Assembly: GCA_045536845.1 (NCBI GenBank)
Contig: JAZSOG010000025.1
Location: forward strand, 159,993 to 223,992
From: Kiritimatiellia bacterium
GTDB lineage: Bacteria; Verrucomicrobiota; Kiritimatiellia; RFP12; UBA1067
Reading direction: 5' to 3'
DNA: 64,000 bases
Shown here: one piece after another, positions 50,608-58,564 of the stretch
Numbering within the stretch: position 1 is the stretch's first letter
Layout: each line of letters begins with the position of its first letter
Translations under genes and position numbers: made by a program
The notes under the pieces: model-generated
What the model was told of the DNA's origin: nothing
Databases searched by the model: none
What the model saw: the letters and a program-made list of their open reading frames with translations, nothing else

Positions 50608-51158
50608 AGATAAAGTTCCTGAAGGTAAAGGGCACATGGCGCGAGGTCGCCGACGCTGCCAGGACGACGATCCGCCGCGAAGAGGGCGAGGGCGAACCGA
50701 GCTCCAAGTGGAAAAAGCGCATCTTGCTCGCGGAGCATTCGCCAGTCCGCAAGCTCTGCTTCAACTGGAAGTGGGTGGACCTGCCTTACTGGGTGTCGGT
50801 CCATTTCGTGCGCCATAAATTCGGCATAGAGCACTTTGTCTCGACGCAGCGTACCGACAGGACCGGCGTCCAGCGCGACGCGAACCGCCAGGACGCGCCC
50901 GTCATGCACGAGTGCTTCGCGAACGCCCAGGCCGTGATGTTCATTTCGCGCCGCCGCCTCTGCGGGCAGGCGAGCGCTGAAACGCGCGCGGCGTGGAAGG
51001 CCGTCGTCGACGAAATCGCTAAAAAGGAGCCAGAAGTTGCGGCTTGCTGCGTGCCGGAATGCGTCTATCGCGGGTTCTGCCCCGAGTTCAAGCCGTGCGG
51101 CTACTGCGGCACCCCCGCGTGGAAAAAAGCAGTAGACGCCTACCGCGAAGTGAAATAA
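50604..51158 (+). CDS. ThyX-like (FAD-dependent thymidylate synthase fold) degenerate protein with Cys-rich C-terminal tail
   Basis: GTG start after AAGGGAG RBS; aligns to ThyX blocks: LAEHSP (HE[ST]PFEH), HFVRHKFGIEHFVSTQRT (cf. RHRxxSxxExSxRY) but RHR->RHK and SxRY->TQRT; tail CCVPECVYRGFCPEFKPCGYCG. Confidence 0.4.
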   Translation: MKIKFLKVKGTWREVADAARTTIRREEGEGEPSSKWKKRILLAEHSPVRKLCFNWKWVDLPYWVSVHFVRHKFGIEHFVSTQRTDRTGVQRDANRQDAPVMHECFANAQAVMFISRRRLCGQASAETRAAWKAVVDEIAKKEPEVAACCVPECVYRGFCPEFKPCGYCGTPAWKKAVDAYREVK

Positions 51159-51169
51159 TTTGATATAAT
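51158..51169 (+). promoter_or_regulatory. extended -10 promoter AATTTGATATAAT upstream of rpoZ-smpB
   Basis: TGaTATAAT; ATG 51198. Confidence 0.5.
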
Positions 51170-51197
51170 ACGCGCTTCCAACGGAGAAAAGATAGAG

Positions 51198-51476
51198 ATG
51201 AACAACGAACTTTTGAAGAAGGCCCACGAGAAGATTCCTTCTGTCCCTGTGCTTGTGAACCTGATTTCCAAGCGCGAGCGCGAGCTCATCAACGGCGCGA
51301 AGCCGCTTGTGAAGCCCCAGTCGCTCGACGAGGACAAGTGCGACATCGCGCTCCGCGAGGTTGCAGAGGGCAAGCTTATCGCGGAAATCGACTTCGACGC
51401 CATCGCCAAGGCGGAAGACGCCAAGACGAAGTGGAATCTGAAGCACATCAACGTGAATTCGCTCTACTCGGACTAA
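51198..51476 (+). CDS. rpoZ: DNA-directed RNA polymerase subunit omega
   Basis: VLVNLISKRERELINGAKPLV...IALREVAEGKL matches RpoZ pattern. Confidence 0.75.
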   Translation: MNNELLKKAHEKIPSVPVLVNLISKRERELINGAKPLVKPQSLDEDKCDIALREVAEGKLIAEIDFDAIAKAEDAKTKWNLKHINVNSLYSD

Positions 51477-51929
51477 GTGGCCGACAAGAAGTTCAATCCG
51501 GTCTTCGCCGAGAACAGAAAGGCGAGGCATGACTATACCGTGCTCGAGACAATCGAGTGCGGTATAGTGCTTACGGGAACGGAGGTAAAAAGCGTCCGAC
51601 ACGGCGAGGTGTCGCTCTCGGGGAGCTACGGCGCTGTTCTCAAGGGCGAGCTTTGGCTCGTCGGCGCAGACATCGCGGCCTACAAGTTCGGCAACCGATT
51701 CAACCACGAGCCGAAGTCGATGCGCAAGCTCCTCGTCCACGCGAAGGAGGTGCGCGACCTCCAGCTCAAGACCGAGGCGAAGGGGCTTACGCTCATACCG
51801 CTCAGGGTTTTCCTCAAGAACGGACGCGTAAAAGTCGACCTCGGCGTGTGCCGCGGAAAGCAGCTCCACGACAAGCGCGACGCACTCAAGAAAAAGGCCC
51901 TCAGGCGTGACCTTGAAAGGGGCGACTGA
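51477..51929 (+). CDS. smpB: SsrA-binding protein
   Basis: GTG start adjacent to rpoZ stop; ENRKARHDY...LTGTEVKS...LIPLRVFLKNGRVKVDLGVCRGKQ. Confidence 0.9.
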   Translation: MADKKFNPVFAENRKARHDYTVLETIECGIVLTGTEVKSVRHGEVSLSGSYGAVLKGELWLVGADIAAYKFGNRFNHEPKSMRKLLVHAKEVRDLQLKTEAKGLTLIPLRVFLKNGRVKVDLGVCRGKQLHDKRDALKKKALRRDLERGD

Positions 51930-51930
51930 T

Positions 51931-51942
51931 TTTTGGTATAAT
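51931..51942 (+). promoter_or_regulatory. extended -10 promoter TTTTGGTATAAT upstream of secY
   Basis: ATG 51986 with AAGGAAAGAGAG RBS. Confidence 0.5.
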
Positions 51943-51985
51943 ACATAAAAGTTTTCGCAAAAAAGAAGGAAAGAGAGATCAAAAA

Positions 51986-53386
51986 ATGGCGATGATGAAG
52001 GGATTTTCGAACGCATTCCGCATCCCGGAGCTTCGGAAGAAAATCTTGATTACGCTCGGCCTCGTGTTCGTGTGCCGTCTTGTTTCGCAGATTCCGACGC
52101 CTGGCGTCGACTGGCAGGCGCTTCAGCGCATTATCACCGACTTCAAGAGCTCGTCCGCCGGCGGCGGCATGCTTGACTGGTTCGAGGTGTTCACCGGCGG
52201 TGCGCTCGGGCAGTGCGCCATCGGCTTCCTCTCGATCTGGCCCTACATCTCTGCGCAGATCGTCATCCAGCTCCTCGGCTCGGTCATTCCCGCTCTCGAG
52301 AAGCTGAAGAAGGAAGGCGAGTCTGGCCGCCAGCAGCTCGCTCAGATTACGCGCTATCTCACGATTGTCCTCTGCGTCGTCCAGTCCTGGGGCATCGCGA
52401 CCGTCCTCAGCCACCCGGCCATGCTCGGCCCGGCGTTCGCGGGCACCGAGATCGTCGCAAATCCCGGCATCGGCTTCCACCTGATGACGGTGATTGGCAT
52501 GACTACCGCGTCGCTCTTCGTCATGTGGCTCGCCGACCAGATCACGACCTTCGGCATCGGCAACGGCGCGTCACTGATCATCATGATCAACATCACGTCG
52601 CGTCTCCCGCAGGCGCTCATCGGCGCGTGGGAGCGCTACATCGGCCTCGGCGGCGTCAAGGCCTCGGCTCCGATCGCCGAGCTTCCGATCCTCATCCTGT
52701 TCTTCCTCATCGTCGTCATGGGCACCGTGATGCTCACGCAAGGCGTCAGGAAGGTGACGATCCACTCCACCCGCCGTTCGGTGGGCGGCGGCAACACGTA
52801 CGGCATGCAGCAGACGTTCATGCCGCTGCGCGTCAACTATACGGGCGTCATGCCGATCATCTTCGCGCAGCCGCTCATCCAGATCCCGGCCGCGGTTCTC
52901 GTCAAGATGACCGACGCGACCTCGGGCGGCATCTCCGGCAGTCTCAACCGCTTCGGCCAGGCGCTCGCCGACCCCGGCTCCGCGCTCCACGTCGTGATTT
53001 ACGCCGCGCTCATCATGTTCTTCGCGTTCTTCTGGGTAGCGACCCAGTTCAACGCAATCGACATCTCCGAGAACCTCAAGAAGGACGGCAGCTACGTCCC
53101 TGGCATCCGCCCGGGTCGTGCGACTGCCGAGTACCTTGACGACATGATGACGAAGATCACGCTCATCGGCGGCACGGGGCTTCTCATCGTGGCTCTCATC
53201 CCGATGCTCCTCATGGGCTGGATGCGCCTCCCGTGGGTGATCGCGTCGTTCTTCGGCGGCACGTCGCTCCTCATTATCGTGGGCGTCGCGCTCGATACGC
53301 TCCGCATCATGGAGTCGCATCTCCTCGTCCGCAAGTACGAGGGCTTCCTCTCGCACGGTTCGCTCCGCGGCCGCGGCGGGATGTAA
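51986..53386 (+). CDS. secY: preprotein translocase subunit SecY
   Basis: 10 TM, ELRKKILITLGLVFVCRL..., GNGASLIIMINI, 466 aa. Confidence 0.95.
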   Translation: MAMMKGFSNAFRIPELRKKILITLGLVFVCRLVSQIPTPGVDWQALQRIITDFKSSSAGGGMLDWFEVFTGGALGQCAIGFLSIWPYISAQIVIQLLGSVIPALEKLKKEGESGRQQLAQITRYLTIVLCVVQSWGIATVLSHPAMLGPAFAGTEIVANPGIGFHLMTVIGMTTASLFVMWLADQITTFGIGNGASLIIMINITSRLPQALIGAWERYIGLGGVKASAPIAELPILILFFLIVVMGTVMLTQGVRKVTIHSTRRSVGGGNTYGMQQTFMPLRVNYTGVMPIIFAQPLIQIPAAVLVKMTDATSGGISGSLNRFGQALADPGSALHVVIYAALIMFFAFFWVATQFNAIDISENLKKDGSYVPGIRPGRATAEYLDDMMTKITLIGGTGLLIVALIPMLLMGWMRLPWVIASFFGGTSLLIIVGVALDTLRIMESHLLVRKYEGFLSHGSLRGRGGM

Positions 53387-53436
53387 GTCGCATTTCCCGC
53401 GCCCGTCGGCATGCGGGTTCGGTTGATTCAGTTCTG

Positions 53437-53490
53437 CGGCCGCGCGAATGGGCTTTGACCCGACGCGCGGCCGTTCTGCTCTTCTCTTTG
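53437..53490 (+). terminator. terminator-like hairpin after secY
   Basis: CGGCCGCGCG ...17 nt... CGCGCGGCCG then TTCTGCTCTTCTCTTT. Confidence 0.45.
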
Positions 53491-53505
53491 CCTATATGCG
53501 CATTG

Positions 53506-53517
53506 TTTTGGTATAAT
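53506..53517 (+). promoter_or_regulatory. extended -10 promoter TTTTGGTATAAT upstream of TMEM43-like gene
   Basis: ATG 53550 with AAAGGAC RBS. Confidence 0.5.
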
Positions 53518-53549
53518 ATACGATCACTAGCAACGAAAGGACTTTAACA

Positions 53550-54758
53550 ATGGCGGTGACGGAAACGACGACCCAATCGTGGGGATCTAGGCTCGGTGAC
53601 TCGATCAAGGGCGTGATAGCAGGTGTTGTGCTTTTCCTCCTTGGCTTCCCGGTACTCTTCTGGAACGAAGGCAACTCTGTCAAGACGGCAAAGGCGCTTG
53701 ACGAAGGCGAGGGCGCGTGCATCCCCGTCGAGTCGATAGAGAAGGTCGACTCCGAGATGGAAGGCCAGCTTGTCCACATGACCGGCCTCGCCACGACACA
53801 GGACGTCCTTTCCGACGATCAGTTCGGCGTTTCCACGACGGCAATCGCGCTGAAGCGCACGACCGAGATGCTCCAGTGGGTCGAGCACTCCAAGACCGAG
53901 GAGAAGAAGAACCTCGGCGGCAGCGTCACCAAGACCACGACCTACACCTACACCCAGGAGTGGCTCGAGAGCGCGGTCGATTCGAGCGGCTTTAAGGAAC
54001 AGGGCCACGACAACCCCGGTTTCATCGAATTCCCCTCCGAGGAGAAGCGCGCGGCGAATGTGACGTTTGGCGCGTTCCGCCTGAACGAGCGCCAGATCTC
54101 CCGCATCGGCGCCGAGCAGGCGTATGCGTTCCCGACCGACTTCGTGTGCAAGGTCGAGCGCGTCCAGCGCCAGGGTGCGACAATCTACGTTCCCAACAAG
54201 GCCACGCGCGACAACGCGCTCAACAACCGTGACGTCGCCTCGCAGGCGCGGATCGGCGATATGCGCGTGAAGTTCACCGTCGTGCTGCCGCACAACATCT
54301 CGCTCGTCGCGAAGCAGAGGGGCGACACGTTCGTTAGCTATATCGCGAAGACGAAGAAGAAAGTCGATCTTCTCTGCGACGGCGCGAAGGACGCCGCCGA
54401 GATGTTCGAGGACGCGCGCGACGCGAACGCGATGCTGACATGGCTCGTCCGCCTCGGCGGTTTCCTCCTCATGTTCTTCGGCCTTTCGATGATCCTGAAG
54501 CCGCTCTCCGTTCTCGCGGACGTGCTCCCGATCCTCGGCAACGTCGTCGAGATGGGCGCCGGGCTTGTCGCGGGCATTGTTGCGCTCGTCTGCTCGCTCG
54601 TCACGATCGCTATAGCGTGGATCTTCTACCGTCCTGTCCTTGCGATCTTCCTGCTCGTCCTCGCGGCAGGCGGAATCTTTCTCCTCTGGAAGAAGCGCCA
54701 GGCGAAGAAGGCGGCCGCCGCCCCCGCGGAGCCTGCCGCGCCTTCCGCGGCGTTCTGA
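53550..54758 (+). CDS. TMEM43/DUF1625-like membrane protein (1 N-terminal TM, large extracytoplasmic domain, 3 C-terminal TM)
   Basis: Topology from hydrophobic segments VIAGVVLFLLGFPVLFW and three C-terminal helices; family assignment from architecture only. Confidence 0.45.
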   Translation: MAVTETTTQSWGSRLGDSIKGVIAGVVLFLLGFPVLFWNEGNSVKTAKALDEGEGACIPVESIEKVDSEMEGQLVHMTGLATTQDVLSDDQFGVSTTAIALKRTTEMLQWVEHSKTEEKKNLGGSVTKTTTYTYTQEWLESAVDSSGFKEQGHDNPGFIEFPSEEKRAANVTFGAFRLNERQISRIGAEQAYAFPTDFVCKVERVQRQGATIYVPNKATRDNALNNRDVASQARIGDMRVKFTVVLPHNISLVAKQRGDTFVSYIAKTKKKVDLLCDGAKDAAEMFEDARDANAMLTWLVRLGGFLLMFFGLSMILKPLSVLADVLPILGNVVEMGAGLVAGIVALVCSLVTIAIAWIFYRPVLAIFLLVLAAGGIFLLWKKRQAKKAAAAPAEPAAPSAAF

Positions 54759-54804
54759 TGGACCTTTTACCAAACACATACCACTCATCAAAAGGAAAAT
54801 CGAC

Positions 54805-55719
54805 ATGAAGAAACTCACGGCATTCGCGCTTGCGGCGCTTGCGTCCGCGGCTGTCTTCGCTGAAGGCGGGAACCTCCGCTATTCGATCATGGTCAACAAG
54901 TTCGAGAACAAGGCCAACTGGCGCGGCCAGTGGGAGCTTGGCGACGCCTGGGGTACGATCCTCACCGACCAGCTCGTCCAGAGCGGCAAGTTCATCGTGC
55001 TCGGCGAGGCCGATATGCGCGGCGCAGCCATGCAGGAGCAGGACCTCGCGGCTTCGGGCCGCACGGCTGGCGGCAAGAAGGCCCCCAAGATGGGCCGTAT
55101 GACCCCGGCGCAGCTGCTCGTGAAGGGCGCGATTACGCACGTCCAGGAGACGAAGGGTGGCGGTGGCGGCATCTCGCTCGGCAAGGGTCTCTTGAGCGGC
55201 ATCTCGCTCGGTGCGAGCGGCGGTTCGGCCGAGATCAACATCACGATCTACCTCGTTGACTCCGCGACCGCGCAGGTCAAGGCGTCGAAGTCCGTCATCG
55301 GCAAGAGCGGCAAGCGCGGCATTGGCATCGGCTACCACGGCAGCAAGCTCGGCGGCCTCACCGGCAACCTCGCCGGCTTCGAGAAGGACAACATGGGCCA
55401 GGCCTGCACCGACGCCGTCGCGCAGGCAGTTGAGTTCCTTGTCGCCCAGCTCGACTCGATTCCGTGGGAGGGCTCGGTCTCGCTCGTCAAGTCGGACAAG
55501 CTCGTCGTCAACCGCGGTACTCGCGAAGGCGTCGAGGTCGGCATGAAGTTCGACGTCGGCAAGGTCGAGGAAATCGTCGACGAGGACACTGGAGAGGTTC
55601 TCGACAGCGAACTCACGAAGATCGGCACTGTGACCGTCACCGAGGTCAAGGAGAAGATCTGCTACACGACCGCGCTCGAAGGCGCCGAGAAGGGCATGGG
55701 CGTGCAGCCCGCCAAGTGA
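54805..55719 (+). CDS. CsgG/HfaB-family-like secreted protein (no lipobox Cys)
   Basis: Signal peptide MKKLTAFALAALASAAVFA; block VNKFENKANW...LGDAWGTILTDQLVQSGKFIVLGEADMRGAAMQEQDL...AQLLVKGAITHV fits CsgG-family pattern; Gly-rich loops. Confidence 0.5.
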   Translation: MKKLTAFALAALASAAVFAEGGNLRYSIMVNKFENKANWRGQWELGDAWGTILTDQLVQSGKFIVLGEADMRGAAMQEQDLAASGRTAGGKKAPKMGRMTPAQLLVKGAITHVQETKGGGGGISLGKGLLSGISLGASGGSAEINITIYLVDSATAQVKASKSVIGKSGKRGIGIGYHGSKLGGLTGNLAGFEKDNMGQACTDAVAQAVEFLVAQLDSIPWEGSVSLVKSDKLVVNRGTREGVEVGMKFDVGKVEEIVDEDTGEVLDSELTKIGTVTVTEVKEKICYTTALEGAEKGMGVQPAK

Positions 55720-55740
55720 TGTGTGCGTCATCGCGCCAGT

Positions 55741-55752
55741 TTATGGTATAAT
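55741..55752 (+). promoter_or_regulatory. extended -10 promoter TTATGGTATAAT upstream of NifU-like/GGGtGRT pair
   Basis: ATG 55787 with AAAGGAG RBS. Confidence 0.5.
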
Positions 55753-55786
55753 TTCCGGTCAAGTTTTCACAACAAAGGAGACAAAA

Positions 55787-56479
55787 ATGGTCTACTCGAC
55801 TGAAGTTGAGCATCAGTGCCCGCTCATGAAGGGGTGCAACCACGGTCCCGCGCCGATTCCCGAAGAGGGGAAGTGGGTGCAGGCAAAGCAGATAAAGGAC
55901 ATCAGCGGCTACACGCACGGCGTGGGCTGGTGTGCGCCTCAGCAGGGAGCGTGCAAGCTCTCGCTGAACGTCAAGAACGGCGTGATCGAGGAAGCCCTCG
56001 TCGAGACGATCGGCTGCTCGGGCATGACCCACTCCGCCGCCATGGCCTCGGAGATTCTCGTCGGCAAGACGATTCTCGAGGCGCTTAACACGGACCTCGT
56101 CTGCGACGCGATCAACACCGCGATGCGCGAGCTCTTCCTTCAGATCGTCTACGGCCGCACGCAGAGCGCGTTCTCCGAGGGCGGTCTCGTGATCGGCGCC
56201 GGCCTTGAGGACCTCGGCAAGGGTCTTCGCTCGATGGTCGGCACGATGTACGCGACGAAGGCAAAGGGCCCCCGCTACCTCGAGATGACCGAGGGCTACT
56301 GCACGCGCATGGCGCTCAACAAGGACGGCGAGGTTATCGGCTACGAGTTCGTCAGCCTCGGCAAGATGACCGACTTCATCAAGAAGGGACTCTCCCCGAA
56401 CGAGGCGTGGGAGAAGGCGAAGGGCCACTACGGCCAGTTCGAGGGCGCTGCGAAGTACATCGACCCCCGCAAGGAATAA
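55787..56479 (+). CDS. IscU/NifU-N-terminal-domain-like protein
   Basis: Block VGWCAPQQGACKLSLNVKNGVIEEALVETIGCSGMTHSAAMASEILVGKTILEALNTDLVCDAI parallels IscU scaffold (three Cys positions). Confidence 0.5.
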   Translation: MVYSTEVEHQCPLMKGCNHGPAPIPEEGKWVQAKQIKDISGYTHGVGWCAPQQGACKLSLNVKNGVIEEALVETIGCSGMTHSAAMASEILVGKTILEALNTDLVCDAINTAMRELFLQIVYGRTQSAFSEGGLVIGAGLEDLGKGLRSMVGTMYATKAKGPRYLEMTEGYCTRMALNKDGEVIGYEFVSLGKMTDFIKKGLSPNEAWEKAKGHYGQFEGAAKYIDPRKE

Positions 56480-56497
56480 GCGAAAGGAGATTCCGAA

Positions 56498-57535
56498 ATG
56501 GCTACCAAGAAGACTGCAAAGAAGGCCTCCGCCGAGAAGCTTTTCGAGGGATACGAGCGTCGCGAAGCCAAGATCCTCGCCGCGCTGAAGCTCTACGGCA
56601 TCAAGTCGATACTCGAGTGCCGCGACATCTGCAAGAAGGCCGGCATCGACCCCTACAAGATCGTCGAGGAAACCCAGCCGATCTGCTTTGAGAACGCCAA
56701 GTGGGCCTACACCGTCGGCGCTGCGATGGCGATCAAGAAGGGCTGCGTCAAGGCCAAGGACGCCGCCGCCGAAATCGGCGTCGATCTCCAGGCGTTCTGC
56801 ATCCCCGGCTCCGTCGCGGAGAACCGCCAGGTCGGCCGCGGACACGGCAACCTGGGCGCGATGCTCCTTGACGACGCGACCGAGTGCTTCGCGTTCCTCG
56901 CGGGCCACGAGTCGTTCGCCGCTGCCGAGGGCGCGATCAAGATCGCCCTCAACGCGAACAAGGTCCGCAAGACGAACCTCCGCGTCATCCTGAACGGCCT
57001 CGGCAAGGACGCCGCGTACATTATCAGCCGCATCAACGGCTTCACGTACGTCAAGACGGCGTTCAACAACAAGACCGAGAAGGTCAAGGTCGTCTCGAAG
57101 AAGGCGTTCTCGAAGGGCCCGCGCGCTGCGGTCAACTGCTACGGCGCGGACAACGTCCCCGAAGGCGTCGCGATCATGAAGCTCGAGAACGTGGGTGTCT
57201 CTATCACGGGCAACTCCACGAACCCGACCCGCTTCCAGCACCCTGTCGCCGGCACCTACAAGAAGTGGTGCATCGAGAACGGCAAGAAGTACTTCTCCGT
57301 CGCTTCTGGCGGCGGCACCGGCCGTACGCTCCACCCCGACAACATGGCCGCCGGTCCTTCCAGCTACGGCATGACCGACACCATGGGCCGCATGCACTCC
57401 GACGCGCAGTTCGCGGGCTCGAGCTCGGTTCCTGCGCACGTCGAGATGATGGGCCTCATCGGCATGGGCAACAACCCGATGGTCGGCGCGACGGTTGCCG
57501 TCGCAGTCGCCGTCGAGGAGAGCTTCAAGAAGTAA
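56498..57535 (+). CDS. GGGtGRT-family protein (conserved protein of unknown function)
   Basis: Contains exact family motif SGGGTGRT (VASGGGTGRTLHPD); ~345 aa as typical for family. Confidence 0.65.
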   Translation: MATKKTAKKASAEKLFEGYERREAKILAALKLYGIKSILECRDICKKAGIDPYKIVEETQPICFENAKWAYTVGAAMAIKKGCVKAKDAAAEIGVDLQAFCIPGSVAENRQVGRGHGNLGAMLLDDATECFAFLAGHESFAAAEGAIKIALNANKVRKTNLRVILNGLGKDAAYIISRINGFTYVKTAFNNKTEKVKVVSKKAFSKGPRAAVNCYGADNVPEGVAIMKLENVGVSITGNSTNPTRFQHPVAGTYKKWCIENGKKYFSVASGGGTGRTLHPDNMAAGPSSYGMTDTMGRMHSDAQFAGSSSVPAHVEMMGLIGMGNNPMVGATVAVAVAVEESFKK

Positions 57536-57658
57536 TCTTCCCAAAAGCAGGAAAGGGAGCGCGGAACGGTTATCCGCGCTCCCTTTTTGTTTGCACAATG
57601 CCAATCCTGCCATCCTTTGAGACGTTTGTTTCTGGAGAGCTACGGGCGCCGCTCGATT

Positions 57659-57670
57659 TTATGGTATAAT
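57659..57670 (+). promoter_or_regulatory. extended -10 promoter TTTATGGTATAAT upstream of fabG
   Basis: ATG 57736. Confidence 0.45.
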
Positions 57671-57735
57671 AACCAATAATAACAAGCGAAGTAGAAGTAA
57701 AGAAGGATTTTGCGCGACAAGCTGGAGGAATTCGC

Positions 57736-58458
57736 ATGAAGAAGGTCATAGTAACTGGTTCCAGCCGTGGCATCGGGCGGGCTACGGCGCTGGGGCTTGC
57801 GCGAGCCGGATACGATCCCGTCCTGCATTGTGTCAGCAGGATTGACGCGGCGGAGGAAGTGTCTAAGGCCGTGAAGGAGCTCGGCTGCACGGGCGAGATT
57901 TTGCGGTTCGACGTGTCGAACAGGGACGAGTCGAAGGCGGCGCTCGACGCGTGGGTCGCGGCGAACGGCGCTCCGTACGGTGTCGTCCTCAACGCCGGCA
58001 TTGTGGACGACAACGCGTTCCCCGCGCTCGAGGACGAGCAGTGGGACCGCGTCGTGCGGACGGACCTCGACGGGTTCTACAATGTCTTGAAGCCACTTGT
58101 CCTTCCTATGGTCCAGGCCAGGGCGGGAGGGCGCATCGTCGTGCTGTCGTCCGTGTCCGGCGTCGCCGGGAACCGCGGGCAGACGAACTACGCCGCGGCC
58201 AAGGCCGGCGTGATCGGCGCCGCCAAGTCACTGGCCGTCGAACTTGCGCGGCGCAACATCACCGTCAACTGCATCGCGCCAGGCATGATCGAGACCGACA
58301 TGACGAGCGCCATGTCTGCCGAGGAAGCCGTTAAATCCGTTCCCATGGGGCGCTTTGGCAAGCCGGACGAAGTTGCCGCCGCAGTTCTTTTCCTGATGTC
58401 GGACGGGGCCTCGTACATAACGCGGCAGGTGATACAGGTCAACGGAGGCATGTGCTGA
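57736..58458 (+). CDS. fabG: 3-oxoacyl-ACP reductase (SDR)
   Basis: VIVTGSSRGIGRA, NAG, YAAAK catalytic motif. Confidence 0.85.
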   Translation: MKKVIVTGSSRGIGRATALGLARAGYDPVLHCVSRIDAAEEVSKAVKELGCTGEILRFDVSNRDESKAALDAWVAANGAPYGVVLNAGIVDDNAFPALEDEQWDRVVRTDLDGFYNVLKPLVLPMVQARAGGRIVVLSSVSGVAGNRGQTNYAAAKAGVIGAAKSLAVELARRNITVNCIAPGMIETDMTSAMSAEEAVKSVPMGRFGKPDEVAAAVLFLMSDGASYITRQVIQVNGGMC

Positions 58459-58534
58459 TGCGAAGGGGCGTCGGCCTACGGTTCCTGCACGTGGAGCGTC
58501 GTGGTGAAGCGACGCATTGCCCCATTTGCGACAA

Positions 58535-58547
58535 ATTATGGTATAAT
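58535..58547 (+). promoter_or_regulatory. extended -10 promoter AATTATGGTATAAT upstream of acyl-CoA ligase
   Basis: ATG 58565/58577. Confidence 0.45.
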
Positions 58548-58564
58548 GTCTCACAGACAACATT

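Noticed and set aside
50493-57613. Minus-strand ORFs antisense to secY, the TMEM43-like gene, the CsgG-like gene and the NifU-like/GGGtGRT genes (50493-52016, 53544-54818, 54610-55731, 55646-57613)
   Set aside because: All overlap better-supported + strand genes with promoters and RBSs, and all have GC-skewed low-complexity translations.
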